From Pseudomonas aeruginosa PAO1 (lineage in GTDB: Bacteria > Pseudomonadota > Gammaproteobacteria > Pseudomonadales > Pseudomonadaceae), in the NCBI RefSeq assembly GCF_000006765.1, contig NC_002516.2: DNA of 64,000 nucleotides, one strand, 5' to 3'. The translations under genes and the position numbers were made by a program. The notes beneath the pieces were generated by a model. That model was not told the origin of the DNA. It did not search any database and saw only the letters and a list, made by a program, of their open reading frames with translations. This document shows, piece after piece, positions 63,108-64,000 of this stretch; the stretch's first letter is position 1, and every line of letters starts with the position of its first letter.

Positions 63108-63137
63108 AAAAAAAGGCGATCCTTCGATCGCCTTTTT
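63108..63137. terminator. Bidirectional intrinsic terminator
   Basis: AAAAAAAGGCGATC-CTTC-GATCGCCTTTTT. Confidence 0.9.
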
Positions 63138-63150
63138 CATTGCTCGCCGT

Positions 63151-63558
63151 TTACTTGACCACCTTCAGGGATGGCCTGCCACTGGGACGCGGCGGCTCAT
63201 CGGACGGTCCGCCATCGTCATCGCCCGGCTCGTCGTCCACCGGACCCGGCTGCTCCAGATCGAAGACCATGCCCTGTCCGTTTTCCCGGGCGTAGATGGC
63301 CATTACCGCCAGCGCTGGAATGTACAGGCTCTGCGCCACGCCGCCGAAACGCCCCTCGAAGCTGACCGCCTCGTTGTCCATGTGCAGATGCCGCACGGCA
63401 GAGGGCGAGACATTGAGCACGATCTGCCCATCGCTGGCATAACCCGGAGGCACCTTTACCCCGGCGAACTCTGCGTTCACCAGGATATGTGGCGTGCAAT
63501 CGTTGTCGACGATCCATTCATAGAGCGCGCGGACCAGATAGGGACGGCTGGAATTCAT
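63151..63558 (-). CDS. sspB: ClpXP adaptor SspB, 135 aa
   Basis: SSRPYLVRALYEW, IVLNVS and C-terminal PSLKVVK ClpX-binding tail. Confidence 0.96.
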   Translation of the reverse strand: MNSSRPYLVRALYEWIVDNDCTPHILVNAEFAGVKVPPGYASDGQIVLNVSPSAVRHLHMDNEAVSFEGRFGGVAQSLYIPALAVMAIYARENGQGMVFDLEQPGPVDDEPGDDDGGPSDEPPRPSGRPSLKVVK

Positions 63559-63569
63559 CTTCATGTTCC

Positions 63570-64000
63570 TTAACGCATATCTCGTTCAACGGAAGACAGG
63601 CTGGCCCGGAAGCTTTCCCGGGCGAATCCGCGCTCCATGTAGTCGAGCAACGGCTTGGCCTGCCGCGGCAACTCGATGCCCAGCAACGGCAGACGCCAGA
63701 GGATCGGCAACAGGCAGCAATCCACCAGGCTGAAATCCTCGCTGAGGAAATATGCCTTGTCGGCGAACAGCGGGGAAACCCCGGTCAGGCTCTCGCGCAA
63801 CTCCTTGCGCGCCTGGACCCGCTCGGCCTCCTTGCTGCGCGCATCCAGGATCCGGTCCACCAGGGAACACCAGTCCCGCTGGATACGATGGATCAACAGG
63901 CGGCTGTTGGCACGCTTCACCGGATAATCGGGCAGCAGCGGCGGATGCGGATAGCGTTCGTCGAGGTATTCCATGACCACCGTCGGCTCGTACAGCGCCA
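63570..64000 (-). CDS. sspA: Stringent starvation protein A (GST fold), 5' part outside the window
   Basis: [25 protein letters not shown] and F.RESF.ASLS motifs. Confidence 0.95.
   Translation of the reverse strand, partial: ALYEPTVVMEYLDERYPHPPLLPDYPVKRANSRLLIHRIQRDWCSLVDRILDARSKEAERVQARKELRESLTGVSPLFADKAYFLSEDFSLVDCCLLPILWRLPLLGIELPRQAKPLLDYMERGFARESFRASLSSVERDMR

Overview
High-GC core-genome window from Pseudomonas aeruginosa. Gene order and protein sequences match my recollection of the PAO1 PA4370-PA4428 interval. Left to right: an iron-type four-gene envelope cluster (icmP imelysin, di-heme c lipoprotein, second imelysin, DUF1513), mexVW, pncB2, the warB/warA/colS/colR locus with a divergent PAP2 phosphatase, a fluoride-riboswitch-led crcB plus DUF190 pair, groESL/fxsA, two tandem DUF481 barrels, ampG, mscS, yajQ, a REC-degenerate-GGDEF gene with an orphan kinase, mutT/GST/argJ/secA, dciA, the whole dcw cluster (lpxC to mraZ), rnpB, rsmI, lpoA-yraN-gmhA-BON and sspB/sspA (truncated). 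I saw no mobile elements, CRISPR arrays, tRNA/rRNA genes or frameshifts. The best candidates for under-described biology are the imelysin/di-heme cluster, the Fluc plus PII-like DUF190 operon with a deducible riboswitch expression platform, a switch-like mexW-pncB2 intergenic region, and several unusual regulatory layouts. Many starts were moved inward from the ORF track using SD sequences and expected N-termini. All family assignments come from motif recognition, not database searches.
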